Source: Candidatus Woesebacteria bacterium
Lineage (GTDB): Bacteria; Patescibacteriota; Microgenomatia; UBA10105; UBA927
NCBI GenBank assembly: GCA_044223895.1
Contig: JBGALL010000002.1
Coordinates: 704-64,703 of the forward strand
DNA: 64,000 nt
Direction of reading: 5' to 3'
This document shows positions 33,791 through 43,531 of the stretch, piece after piece. Within the stretch, counting starts at the first letter, position 1; each line of letters begins with the position of its first letter. Made by a program: the position numbers and the translations under genes. Under the pieces are notes generated by a model, which did not search any database, had not been told where the DNA came from, and worked only from the letters and a program-made list of their open reading frames with translations.

Positions 33791-34999
33791 TTATTTAGAT
33801 TTGGGAATAACGATGATATCCCCTTCGGTTAATCCAGATATGATTTCTGTAGTGGTTTCGTTTTTTATTCCAGTTTTTACTGTCTCTGAATTCGATTTTC
33901 CGTTTTTCTTTAGGATTACTTGATTTTCTCCATTTGCTTTGGTCAGCGCGCTATTGGGAATACTTAGGACATTTTTTTTCGTTTCGGTTTCTATGGTTAC
34001 CGTAGCGGTCATAGTGGTTTTAATACGTTCATCTGGTTCTATAAGGGTTACGTAGGCTTTGTAGGTAACTACAGCATTAGAATTTTCCCCAACATCATCT
34101 ATCCGTGATACTTTGGCATCGAATGATTTATCGGGAATGGAATCAAAAATAACCATCGCTTTCTGCCCTGTTTTCACTTTGGTGATATCGATTTCATTCA
34201 GTTTTATCAAGACCGTAATTTCATTACTAGAAGAAATACGAAGCACCGGAATGTTGGTGGTACTTGATAAGGCGGTTGTGTCTCGGGCGTTGACCATATC
34301 TCCCAAGGCTACAGAAAGGTTCATGATCGTACCGGATATAGGGGCTTTTATAACACTATTCTGAGTAGCTTGAAGAGCAAGTAAATTCGCAGTTACTGAA
34401 GATTGCGCTGCCGTTATGGCTGTATCAGAATCTAAAAATTTTCTTTCTAAATATTCGAATGATTTTCGGCTACTGGTTAGTGTGGAAGTAATACTGTCGA
34501 TTTCATCTTGAGTATAGGGTTTTCCGGTGAGTGGATTATTCCTACCGGTATTCCTTCTATCGGTCATTTCAGTGAAGGCTACGGAGGCATCGATTACTGT
34601 TTTTCTTCCTGCTTCTAGTATTGACTGGTTGTTTGTTTTTGTTTGCTTAGCAGTATTTAGGTTGGCTAGTGCACTTTGATAGTCAGCAAGTGCTTGAGCT
34701 TTTTCGATTTCAGACGCTGAGCTTTTAATCTTTAGCAATTCTTGTCCTTCGCTTACCACTGAACCGTTTTTTACTAAAACTTCTTCGACTATGCCCGTAC
34801 TGGAAGAATATACCGGAGCATTCCCTAAATCATTGGCATTGCCACTGATAATTATATGTTCAGATATATCGCTGCGTTTCATTTGATAATCTATACTTGT
34901 TTGTGAAGGAGTTGTTCTGGTTTTAAAAAATATTCCCAATCCAACCAGTACCACGATTATGAGAACTATTTTTTTGTTGAAAATTTTGGAGAAATTCAT
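33791..34999 (-). CDS. Membrane fusion / periplasmic adaptor protein (MacA/HlyD family)
   Basis: VKNGSVVSEGQEL, coiled coil, IKAPISG, VLSIPNSAL, EIISGLTEGD. Confidence 0.88.
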   Translation of the reverse strand: MNFSKIFNKKIVLIIVVLVGLGIFFKTRTTPSQTSIDYQMKRSDISEHIIISGNANDLGNAPVYSSSTGIVEEVLVKNGSVVSEGQELLKIKSSASEIEKAQALADYQSALANLNTAKQTKTNNQSILEAGRKTVIDASVAFTEMTDRRNTGRNNPLTGKPYTQDEIDSITSTLTSSRKSFEYLERKFLDSDTAITAAQSSVTANLLALQATQNSVIKAPISGTIMNLSVALGDMVNARDTTALSSTTNIPVLRISSSNEITVLIKLNEIDITKVKTGQKAMVIFDSIPDKSFDAKVSRIDDVGENSNAVVTYKAYVTLIEPDERIKTTMTATVTIETETKKNVLSIPNSALTKANGENQVILKKNGKSNSETVKTGIKNETTTEIISGLTEGDIIVIPKSK

Positions 35000-35289
35000 G
35001 AAAAAAGGATTTAATACTATCTCTACTCTAACACTTTTAGACTCGAGCTCCTATAGATGTGTAAACAGTATGTATGAAGAAAGAATATCTAATCATATTA
35101 TTTCCCGCGAAGCCGATTATCACAATGATACGTAAAATAGTACTAAATAAATTTTACTTTGGTGAGAGTCTCGATGTAAAACCTGATTCTTGCTCTTGCC
35201 CAGCTTGCGATGAAAAAAGGAATAACACGTATTGATACCTTATTGGTTTGAATTTCGTTTGGTGAAAGAGACCAATATAAATAATGTTT

Positions 35290-36117
35290 TCAAAATCTCT
35301 GAAGTCTTTGTAAATAAGGAAGTGTATCAATAAATGACAGTGTTCCTTGTAAGATTAAAGGATTCACTCCTTGCTCTGTTGCTAAAAGAATATAATCTCT
35401 TTGAGAATGTTCTATAAAAGGATTTTTGTTGACATTATTTCTATATCTGGAGATGGAATCAAACTTTTGTTGAATTGCCATGGTCCATAAAAATAAAACA
35501 TACTGCTTCTTAGATGGAAGATCTTTATTCTCCAGTCCATTTATAAAATCCTTGTACAAATCATATGCATCATGTAAATCATGAATAGGTATAAAACTTG
35601 ATGGATCATTCTCTCCCCCATGTAAGCGTGTTCCTACTGATACGACCATCCGTACCCATACAGCATTAATTAATTCTCTATATTTACAGTTTTCAATACA
35701 CATATCATCAGCTGGTAATCCTCTTGCATTTTTTTCAATTACTATCGCCTGAGAATAAAAACCTAGTATACTTTTTATTAATGATTTGTCGTTCGCGTAA
35801 TGCTTTTTTAACAATTCTGGATAGAGAGTATTAAAATTTCTAAGAGCGTTTGAGTTAACTAAGTCTGCGGAATCAACGTAATGATCTATTTGATGGCCTA
35901 ATGTAATGATGTGCTGTAAATCGCCGCGTTGTGCAGAAAATTCTGGATAAATTAACAAAGTTCCAGCAAGACCAAGTTTGTCCGTCAAATTTGTTCCTCT
36001 CACCGATTCCGGCAGAGAAGCAGTTGCATGGTATATACCAGAAAGCGTTGGATACTCGCTTCTACGGTTACTCAAAAACAGTGAACCATGTTTTTTTAGT
36101 GATTCTTTCGTTGCCAT
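35290..36117 (-). CDS. Hypothetical alpha-helical protein
   Basis: 275-aa ORF with TATAAT 7 nt upstream; no family recognised. Confidence 0.6.
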   Translation of the reverse strand: MATKESLKKHGSLFLSNRRSEYPTLSGIYHATASLPESVRGTNLTDKLGLAGTLLIYPEFSAQRGDLQHIITLGHQIDHYVDSADLVNSNALRNFNTLYPELLKKHYANDKSLIKSILGFYSQAIVIEKNARGLPADDMCIENCKYRELINAVWVRMVVSVGTRLHGGENDPSSFIPIHDLHDAYDLYKDFINGLENKDLPSKKQYVLFLWTMAIQQKFDSISRYRNNVNKNPFIEHSQRDYILLATEQGVNPLILQGTLSFIDTLPYLQRLQRF

Positions 36118-36393
36118 GGGATAAATTATACTACAATTAGATTGTTGTGACAGTCTATTAATCGATTATTTTACACTTTATTATTCTTGATGAGGTTCGA
36201 GTCTTTATTAGATCAATAACAGTATGATTGTTACCAGTTTCTAAAATGTTGTGTTGGCTGATGCATTGTCCTCTGAACTTTTCTCGATTTTTATAACTAT
36301 TTGAGGTAAATATGCGAACATACAAATGTACAACAAACAGACAACGTGAGATGTAAATTATTTGGTTAATAATTATCCATATCTGTTCGCTGA

Positions 36394-38235
36394 TTAGGGG
36401 CCATAATTATTTAACCATACAATATAATCCTTTCCGTCAACTTTCATATCTTCATTAAAATCTCCATCCGCGTAACCACTTGGATTAGTAATTCCATAAT
36501 GAATTACCCAGATAATATAGTCTTTTCCGTCAACCATACCATCATTATTTGCATCCCCATCCTTTTGAGTAGGTATATTCGTTGGCAAAGAGGTGCTTGT
36601 TGGAGAAATCGAATATTGTCCGCTATGAGTTAAAACAAATATATCCCCTCTAGGGCCAGTCGTAATTATTTTTCCATTACTTACAAACGTATAACGATTT
36701 ATTGATCCCTCTTCCGCTCCCAAAGACTCAGTTGCTCCCTGTTGAATCTCAGGATTTAGTATCATTTCTTTATTAAGATTTCCCTGATATATCCAAAATC
36801 CATCTCCATAATAGCGATCATAAACAGTTAATCCTGTATTATAGTGTGTCTGTTTGTTGGGATTTTGAGGTTGTCCATTTAAGACAGCCCAATGTCTAAC
36901 AATTTCTGGATTTCGAATTGTTGCTATGGGATTATTCATTGTATCCCCTTTTGAGTTACTCCTATCGGTTATTCTATGAGACTCTACGTTATTTGACTGG
37001 TGATGAAATATGGTATTTCCAGCCATACTAATTGGATGTATTTCGTCTGCAATCATATTAGGATCGATTTGACCTTTAAATTGTATAAACCTAAAATCTC
37101 CAGCCTTGTAACCACTTATTGATGTGTCATCCAATACCATTTCTCCCATGAATGCATCCCACCGTGAATCATATTGTGACTGACTATTTCTCCATGGCAT
37201 ATATGCAAATTGTTTACCACTTATCGTTTTTATTACAGGCGCTGCGGATATTGCATGGAATAATTGACCTGTATTCCCATTGCAGATGGGGCGATTGTCT
37301 GATCCATCTGGTTGAACATTAGGAAGGAATTTTTTATTTCCATTGTAAATGTCTAATGCAAAAAGGGTCTGCTTATCCGGATTTGATGTAAGGTAGTTTC
37401 GAATTTCAGTATTCGTATTTCCTCCATCATCAAAAGGATGGGGATTTCGCATTCGGATGAATAATACTCCTGGAATATCAGCTACAACTGGCCAACGATA
37501 GTCATAGTTATAGAGTCCACAGTATTCCGTTGCGCTTCGAACAGTTGGTTTTGATTTCCAAACTAGCTGACCTGTAGATGAAATAGCATGGACATTGAGA
37601 TCATCCGTACCGAAAAATATCCTATTTGTAGATGGTGAGAAAGATGCTGGAGTTGTTATTTCCGAACCTGCAGAATAGGTCCAGTCTTTTGTCATTGTAG
37701 AAGTATTTATTTTATGTACATTGCCCTGGATCGTTACAGCGAATACATATCCTGGTATAAGTAAAAGTGGTTTTACAATTGTATTACTTGTTGAAAAGAT
37801 CCCTACTATTGCACCAGTCTGTCCATTTAACTTTACTACTTTTCCATCTAGTGTACTCGTAAATACCGATCCTGTTGATTGGTCAAATGCAGGCGTACCT
37901 TCAACATCTCCTCCCATATAATGCCAAACCTGTTGACCTGATTGGAGATTTAGTGCGTATAGTCCGTTTATCCCTGCTGGTGCATAGAGATAGTTGCCTC
38001 CAGTAATGACATGAGCGTCTCTCAGCGGTGCATCATAAAAATTTGCGGTTGTATTTCCATTTGAGTCAGGTCCATTCCAGCTCCAGGCATAACTCCACGG
38101 AAGTGCTGGATCTTCTGTAGTAAATCCCGTCCGTTGGCTATCATGGGCTTCCTGTGTCCAATCATCTGCAAAGACATAGCCGGGTGAAATAAATAGATAT
38201 AGTGCTAGCAGAATGAGATAAATTTTATCCATCAT
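36394..38235 (-). CDS. Secreted PQQ-like beta-propeller protein with C-terminal dockerin-like tag
   Basis: Signal peptide, DWTQEAHDSQRTG, LYALNLQSGQQVW repeats; paired GDxNxDxxVDGKDYIxW. Confidence 0.8.
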   Translation of the reverse strand: MMDKIYLILLALYLFISPGYVFADDWTQEAHDSQRTGFTTEDPALPWSYAWSWNGPDSNGNTTANFYDAPLRDAHVITGGNYLYAPAGINGLYALNLQSGQQVWHYMGGDVEGTPAFDQSTGSVFTSTLDGKVVKLNGQTGAIVGIFSTSNTIVKPLLLIPGYVFAVTIQGNVHKINTSTMTKDWTYSAGSEITTPASFSPSTNRIFFGTDDLNVHAISSTGQLVWKSKPTVRSATEYCGLYNYDYRWPVVADIPGVLFIRMRNPHPFDDGGNTNTEIRNYLTSNPDKQTLFALDIYNGNKKFLPNVQPDGSDNRPICNGNTGQLFHAISAAPVIKTISGKQFAYMPWRNSQSQYDSRWDAFMGEMVLDDTSISGYKAGDFRFIQFKGQIDPNMIADEIHPISMAGNTIFHHQSNNVESHRITDRSNSKGDTMNNPIATIRNPEIVRHWAVLNGQPQNPNKQTHYNTGLTVYDRYYGDGFWIYQGNLNKEMILNPEIQQGATESLGAEEGSINRYTFVSNGKIITTGPRGDIFVLTHSGQYSISPTSTSLPTNIPTQKDGDANNDGMVDGKDYIIWVIHYGITNPSGYADGDFNEDMKVDGKDYIVWLNNYGP

Positions 38236-38284
38236 TTTATTCTTACTTTAAGATATACAGTTTCCTCGCATATAATCAATATGC

Positions 38285-39754
38285 ATGAGTAACTATAGAA
38301 AAATTCCACTAAGGTTAACACTTATTTTTATCCTTTTATTAATGTGTTTTAGTGGTAGAGTCAGTGCAGTATCATATTATGTTGATGATGTAGGTGGATC
38401 TGATGTTAATATAGGCACGTCCATTAATTTTCCTATCAAATCAATAAGTAAGGTAAATTCTTTAGCTATTTCTCCGGGAGATGTGGTGTCTTTTAAACGA
38501 GGTGGTTCTTGGAGTGGTACTATTGATACAGCCAGATCCGGTACCGATGGTAACCCTATTGTGTATACCGCATATGGAAATGGTTCTGCTCCTGTTTTAA
38601 CTAACCCATGTTCCGGTTGTTATAGTAATGTGTTTGTAATACGAGGTAGTTGGATTGTGATTAAGGATCTGTACCTTAAGGATACCCATCACGCTGCAAT
38701 TATCTTGCGGGCTGGTTCCTCAAATGTGACAATCTCAGATAATGAGATTTCAAATACTGGAATAGGCATTTTCCTCCAAACTTCAAATCATACCGTTTCC
38801 AGGAACACTATTCATGACTTGCAAATGGTTGTTAACAACACCAGTAACCCGGATGATGATTACGGTGCAAATGGAATTTGGTTAGAACATTCGGATAATA
38901 ATGAAATTTCTTATAATACTTGCAAAAATTGTAGGGCGCCAAGTTTTGATTATGGATTTGATGGAGGCTTTGTTGAATTTTGGACTGGGAATAATAATAA
39001 CAACATTCATCACAATTGGGTTGAAAATACAAATGGGTTTATTGAGATTGGAGGAAATGATCCAGGGGGTACAGTATCAAACAATACTATTTCCTATAAC
39101 GTTCTCTATAATAATTTGGGCTTTGGATGTCTTCACACAGATGGTAATTTTAGAGCTTCAGTTGATAACTTAATAATTGAGCATAATACAATTGTGAATC
39201 TAAATGTTGATGGCTATCGAATGCTAGATTGTATGGCACCTACCCCAAGTATGATTACGTTTAGAAACAATATTGTCGTTTCTCCTATTCAAATAGCGAA
39301 TAGTGGGAACTTTACCCGATCAAATAATCTCTATTACATGCTTAATGGTGCTTCAATAGGTTATTCCCTGAATTCTGGAGAAAAGATTGGAAATCCACTT
39401 TTTGTGAATATTGATAACAAAGATTTTCGATTACAATCATCCAGTCCAGCAAGAGATTCTGGAATAAATTTAGGATACACCACTGATTTTGTTTCAAATC
39501 GTGTTCCATCCGGCGTTTCTCCAGATATCGGTGCGTATGAATTCGGATATTCAACAGTCATCTCACCAACTAATACCTCAAATAAACCAGGAGATGCTAA
39601 TTCAGATAATAAAGTAAATGGTCAAGACTATATTTTCTGGCTAAATCATTATGGAATAACTAACGCTATTGGATTTACAGATGGAGATTTTAATGGAGAC
39701 AATAATGTAAATGGAAAAGATTATATTGTTTGGTTGAATAATTATGAAAACTAG
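38285..39754 (+). CDS. Secreted right-handed beta-helix (pectin-lyase fold) protein with choice-of-anchor-Q-like segment and dockerin-like tag
   Basis: YYVD..GSD.N.GTS...P.KSI, PGD.V.FKRG, Asn-ladder repeats, DFRLQSSSPARDSG...PDIGAYE, paired GDxN repeats. Confidence 0.82.
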   Translation: MSNYRKIPLRLTLIFILLLMCFSGRVSAVSYYVDDVGGSDVNIGTSINFPIKSISKVNSLAISPGDVVSFKRGGSWSGTIDTARSGTDGNPIVYTAYGNGSAPVLTNPCSGCYSNVFVIRGSWIVIKDLYLKDTHHAAIILRAGSSNVTISDNEISNTGIGIFLQTSNHTVSRNTIHDLQMVVNNTSNPDDDYGANGIWLEHSDNNEISYNTCKNCRAPSFDYGFDGGFVEFWTGNNNNNIHHNWVENTNGFIEIGGNDPGGTVSNNTISYNVLYNNLGFGCLHTDGNFRASVDNLIIEHNTIVNLNVDGYRMLDCMAPTPSMITFRNNIVVSPIQIANSGNFTRSNNLYYMLNGASIGYSLNSGEKIGNPLFVNIDNKDFRLQSSSPARDSGINLGYTTDFVSNRVPSGVSPDIGAYEFGYSTVISPTNTSNKPGDANSDNKVNGQDYIFWLNHYGITNAIGFTDGDFNGDNNVNGKDYIVWLNNYEN

Positions 39755-39796
39755 AATTAGTTGCAAACTACCGACTTTACTATCTAAGCTTTATTC

Positions 39797-42148
39797 ATGA
39801 ATTTTATGAAGAAATATAATCTTTTTTTAGTTCTGATGATTTCCTTCTTTATTACTAGGCACCCCATTAAAATATTTGCGTTTTATACCAATATGCCTGC
39901 TTCGTTTGTGATAGGGCAAACTTCACTCAATCAAGGGAATGCAAATCAGGGAGGGAGTGCGTCGGGTAACACTGTTGCCAACCCATACAATGTGTTTTGT
40001 GCAGATTCAAAAATATTTATTGCAGACTATAGCAATAGTCGTGTTCTCATTTACAATCATATCCCAGAATCCAACAACGTTTCTGCCGATGTGGTCGTAG
40101 GTCAACAGAACATGACTACAAACTCTGTGAACCAAGGAGGTTCCGCAGCAGCTAATACTTTGCAAGGAGTAGACATGGCAATATCTGATGGAAACAAGAT
40201 GTATATTGCTGATCCGCAAAATCACAGAGTATTAATTTATAATTCCATTCCTGAGACAAATAACGCATCAGCAGATGTTGTTGTGGGGCAAACTACCTTT
40301 TCTGGTGCTTCTATTGATCAGGGCGGGTCCGCAAGTGCCAATACACTCCATTTTCCACAGGGGGTTTGGGTTGATAATAATAAATTATTCATTGCAGACG
40401 CTTTTAATCATCGTGTCTTAATCTATAACTCAATTCCAACAAGTAACAATGCGTCTGCTGATGTTGTTATCGGTCAAGCAGATATGACTAGTGAAAGTGC
40501 TAATCAAGGAGGTTCTGCTGATGCAAATACATTGAATTTTCCTACTAATGTTATTGTTTACAATGGTAAGCTTATTATATCTGATACTTCCAATAACAGA
40601 GTACTGATATACAACTCAATTCCAACAACAAATAATGCCCCAGCAGATATTGTCGTAGGGCAACAATCGTTTACACAAACAAGTGCTAATCAAGGCGGTA
40701 GTGTGGCATTAAATACGTTAGTAGGTCCAAGGCATGCATGGATTGGAGATGGACGGTTATTTATTCCTGAAGAATCAGGAAGTGGCAGTAATCGGGTATT
40801 AGTTTATAACTCTATACCGAATCAGAATAATGCTCCAGCCGATATCATTATTGGACAAAGCAATGGAACATCGAGTGCTGCCAATCAAGGTAATAGTAGT
40901 CCATTAGCGAATACTCTTCGGCGTCCGGCCGGTGGAACATTTTGTAATAACACCTTATTTATTGCGGATAGAATTAATTCTAGAATTTTATTGTATAAAA
41001 ATGTTTTTAATGGTGTAACTATATACTCAGGATTTGAGTCCGGTATGGATTCAACTATGAGGATGAGGGGTTATAGCATAGCTCCTGATCCTCTAGGACT
41101 CCAAAGAGTCGAATATTCTATTAATGGGAGTTCCTGGAACGGCTCAAATCCAGCTGATGGAGTTTTTGATCAACAAGGAGAGAACTTTTATATTGATTTT
41201 AATCCGAATGTTAATCGACCTAGCGGCGCAGAGGGTTTCACCATTCGTGTCAGACAAACACACGGAAACGACATAGATCTGGGGATTAGTGCTCTCTATT
41301 TTGAACCATTTAGATTGCTGGCACCTCAAAACCAATCGTCTTCTAAATCATTACCTACTTTTTCATTTATGATCAATTCATTTCGATATGAAGACATAAA
41401 ACAGGGTGTGTCTTCGTTCCGTATTATGCTGAAAAAGTCAGAGAATAATTTCGAACAGTATATCGAAAACATACCTGTTGACTATGAGCAGGTTAGGTAT
41501 TCTGGAGATAATTTACAAAAAAGTGAAATACGCTCAAAAGATGGTATATATGAAGATAAATATAAAACAGTAACGTATTCAGGAAACAACTCTGTTTATA
41601 CCATTATTCCAAAAGCTATAAATTCTTTAGGACAATATTCTGATAAATACAGGGAGGACGGAGGTAAGATTTTGTCTGACGGGACATATGAATGGAAAGT
41701 GCAAGCGCTCCTGAATTCTGGAGCGATTCAGGAAACTGAGACAAGAAAATTCTATGTTGGTACGAAACGGCCTGTATTTATAAACGGTCAATACTTTCCT
41801 TTAACTATATTATCTATTACTGGACTAGGAAATAAGATACTAAGCACTGATTATCCTGAAGGGATTCAATCATCCTATACTACTTGGACGACAACGCCAA
41901 TATTCTATGGTTTAGCCTGGGTCGGTAGTACGGTGTCTTTGCGATTTACAGAACAACAATGTGTTTCCAATTGTGAATCATTCTTTACTACAATTGTAAA
42001 TAATCAATCACGTTTTGGAATTCGTATACCGCCAAAGTTTTTAAAACCTTCGAAAAAATACAAGGTAGAGCTTTCAGTTGTGTATAATGACCTAAATAAT
42101 TCTCTGCCAGATTTTTTATTACATATACTTCCGAATAAGATTCAGTGA
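39797..42148 (+). CDS. Secreted NHL-repeat beta-propeller protein with C-terminal Ig-like domains
   Basis: Six copies of IAD..NxRVLIYNxIPxxNNAxADxVVGQ. Confidence 0.8.
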   Translation: MNFMKKYNLFLVLMISFFITRHPIKIFAFYTNMPASFVIGQTSLNQGNANQGGSASGNTVANPYNVFCADSKIFIADYSNSRVLIYNHIPESNNVSADVVVGQQNMTTNSVNQGGSAAANTLQGVDMAISDGNKMYIADPQNHRVLIYNSIPETNNASADVVVGQTTFSGASIDQGGSASANTLHFPQGVWVDNNKLFIADAFNHRVLIYNSIPTSNNASADVVIGQADMTSESANQGGSADANTLNFPTNVIVYNGKLIISDTSNNRVLIYNSIPTTNNAPADIVVGQQSFTQTSANQGGSVALNTLVGPRHAWIGDGRLFIPEESGSGSNRVLVYNSIPNQNNAPADIIIGQSNGTSSAANQGNSSPLANTLRRPAGGTFCNNTLFIADRINSRILLYKNVFNGVTIYSGFESGMDSTMRMRGYSIAPDPLGLQRVEYSINGSSWNGSNPADGVFDQQGENFYIDFNPNVNRPSGAEGFTIRVRQTHGNDIDLGISALYFEPFRLLAPQNQSSSKSLPTFSFMINSFRYEDIKQGVSSFRIMLKKSENNFEQYIENIPVDYEQVRYSGDNLQKSEIRSKDGIYEDKYKTVTYSGNNSVYTIIPKAINSLGQYSDKYREDGGKILSDGTYEWKVQALLNSGAIQETETRKFYVGTKRPVFINGQYFPLTILSITGLGNKILSTDYPEGIQSSYTTWTTTPIFYGLAWVGSTVSLRFTEQQCVSNCESFFTTIVNNQSRFGIRIPPKFLKPSKKYKVELSVVYNDLNNSLPDFLLHILPNKIQ
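39890..41000 (+). repeat. Intragenic tandem coding repeat, ~186-195 bp period
   Basis: RVLIYN-coding segments at about 40040, 40226, 40412, 40598, 40793 and 40982. Confidence 0.75.
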
Positions 42149-42265
42149 ATCTTGCATTAAGAATCTACGTTTCAACCAATTTTGTTTTAAATCATCTCTC
42201 ACTTTTTATGACTATTTGAGTGAAATATGCGAAGATAAATAAAATAGCATGAGTATTTTTATCAA

Positions 42266-42724
42266 CTAATTTATTTCATTTATATCAACGCTAATATATT
42301 TGCGGCCCCCATTTTCTGTCTCGATATTTACATTAGACGGGTGACAAATTTTATTAATACATTGATTTTTTAGGGGTGAAGAATCAAGATTAACAAAATG
42401 TCCATCAATTTTAATAGATTTATCCATAAATGGCTCTAAATCAAGCTTACTTGTTTTAATTGGATAATATCCCTCTCTGTTTAAGTATTTATAATGTAGT
42501 ACGAAAGTATTATCGATCTTTATGATTGTAAAAATTGCATCTGGATTATCGAGAAATGGACCCCATGGAGGGTTATTATCACAACCACTATGAGCTGGAT
42601 AAAATTTACATATTGCTGCACTAACTAGTATTAATGGGGAAAAAAAGTTTAAGTAAATCTTGGTAGAAAAGAAAATATATATACCAACCAGTAGAAAAGA
42701 AAGTAGAAATATTTTATATTTCAT
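42266..42724 (-). CDS. Hypothetical protein with N-terminal TM
   Basis: 152-aa AT-rich ORF; TAAAAT 7 nt upstream. Confidence 0.55.
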   Translation of the reverse strand: MKYKIFLLSFLLVGIYIFFSTKIYLNFFSPLILVSAAICKFYPAHSGCDNNPPWGPFLDNPDAIFTIIKIDNTFVLHYKYLNREGYYPIKTSKLDLEPFMDKSIKIDGHFVNLDSSPLKNQCINKICHPSNVNIETENGGRKYISVDINEIN

Positions 42725-42840
42725 ATCTTTGATTTTAACATAGTATGTAATTATTCAGTCTTATAAGTATCTCTACGTTTTTAACTATCCAGAAAATATC
42801 AAAAAATTTGTAATGTCATCAGAATGGTGGGAATTAAAGT

Positions 42841-43170
42841 TTATCTGATAAATCTAGATATACTGAGGTAAATAGACTGTAACCATAAAAATGGCCAGAG
42901 TAATACATCGAGTATAAATTCATCCACTGGGGTGTTATTCATAGTATTTATATAATCAGGTGAATAGCCATTTGGATTAAATTTATAACTGTAAAATAAC
43001 CATAATCCAATAATGATTTCTATAGCAGATGCAGCTAAAAATGAAATTATGATATTTTTAAGTTTGTTTTTTATATTAAACTTTTTTGAGGTAATTTTAT
43101 GAATGATGTACGTAAAAAAAACAATAAAAATAATTGTGGGGATATATAAAAATACCTCTAAAAAATTCAT
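42841..43170 (-). CDS. Small membrane protein
   Basis: Three hydrophobic segments; TATAAT 6 nt upstream. Confidence 0.6.
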   Translation of the reverse strand: MNFLEVFLYIPTIIFIVFFTYIIHKITSKKFNIKNKLKNIIISFLAASAIEIIIGLWLFYSYKFNPNGYSPDYINTMNNTPVDEFILDVLLWPFLWLQSIYLSISRFIR

Positions 43171-43325
43171 GGATACATTATACCTAGACGGCTAAGTTGG
43201 TTCGAATCTCATCTAGGGTCTAACAATATTTGAGGCTAGAGATGGAACACTTGTTTGCACTATTGAATTTAATTTTAGATTTATCTAGAGCTCAAAGGTA
43301 GATTATATATGATTCTTAGAATGTG

Positions 43326-43344
43326 TGGGGTGGCTGACGGGATT
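43326..43344 (-). other. tRNA-His 3'-end fragment (att-type duplication)
   Basis: Reverse complement AATCCCGTCAGCCACCCCA matches the 3' T-stem, acceptor stem, C discriminator and CCA of bacterial tRNA-His; no 5' tRNA half follows. Confidence 0.8.
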
Positions 43345-43403
43345 ACCTTCGACTCATCTTCGACAAGCTCAGATTCGCTCAGGGTAAACTTCTCATCCCG
43401 TCA
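43334..43403. repeat. Nested palindromic (REP-like) element
   Basis: TGACGGGAT...ATCCCGTCA enclosing TTACCTTCGACTC...GCTCAGGGTAA, which encloses ATCTTCGACAAGCTCAGAT. Confidence 0.6.
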
Positions 43404-43404
43404 C

Positions 43405-43441
43405 AAAAAAAAGACAAGCTTATAAATAAACTTGTCTTTTT
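43405..43441 (-). terminator. Rho-independent terminator placed like a tRNA-His terminator
   Basis: Minus strand reads ACCCCA-G-AAAAAGACAAG-loop-CTTGTCTTTTTTTT. Confidence 0.75.
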
Positions 43442-43531
43442 CTGGGGTCCCTGATGCAACACAGTTTGAACCACTTTTAGCTCACTTTGAACAGTTGCGC
43501 CTCATTTATGAGGCCAAAGAGGAGGAAGAAA

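Noticed and set aside
35290-36117. Terpene/prenyl synthase call from IDHYVD
   Set aside because: Only a weak DDxxD-like match and no second metal-binding motif
36188-36212. GGTTCGAGTC T-loop-like sequence
   Set aside because: No cloverleaf or acceptor stem around it
39890-41000. CRISPR-like periodic repeats
   Set aside because: The period is ~186 bp, the copies are degenerate at third codon positions and lie within an ORF; no cas genes
43326-43500. Intact or intron-containing tRNA-His
   Set aside because: Only the last 19 nt are present; no D-arm, anticodon arm or 5' acceptor strand could be found on the minus strand
43487-43531. Longer N-terminus for the PLD protein as in the ORF track
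   Set aside because: A strong GAGGAGG RBS supports ATG 43532; the upstream bases are better explained as the displaced integrase tail
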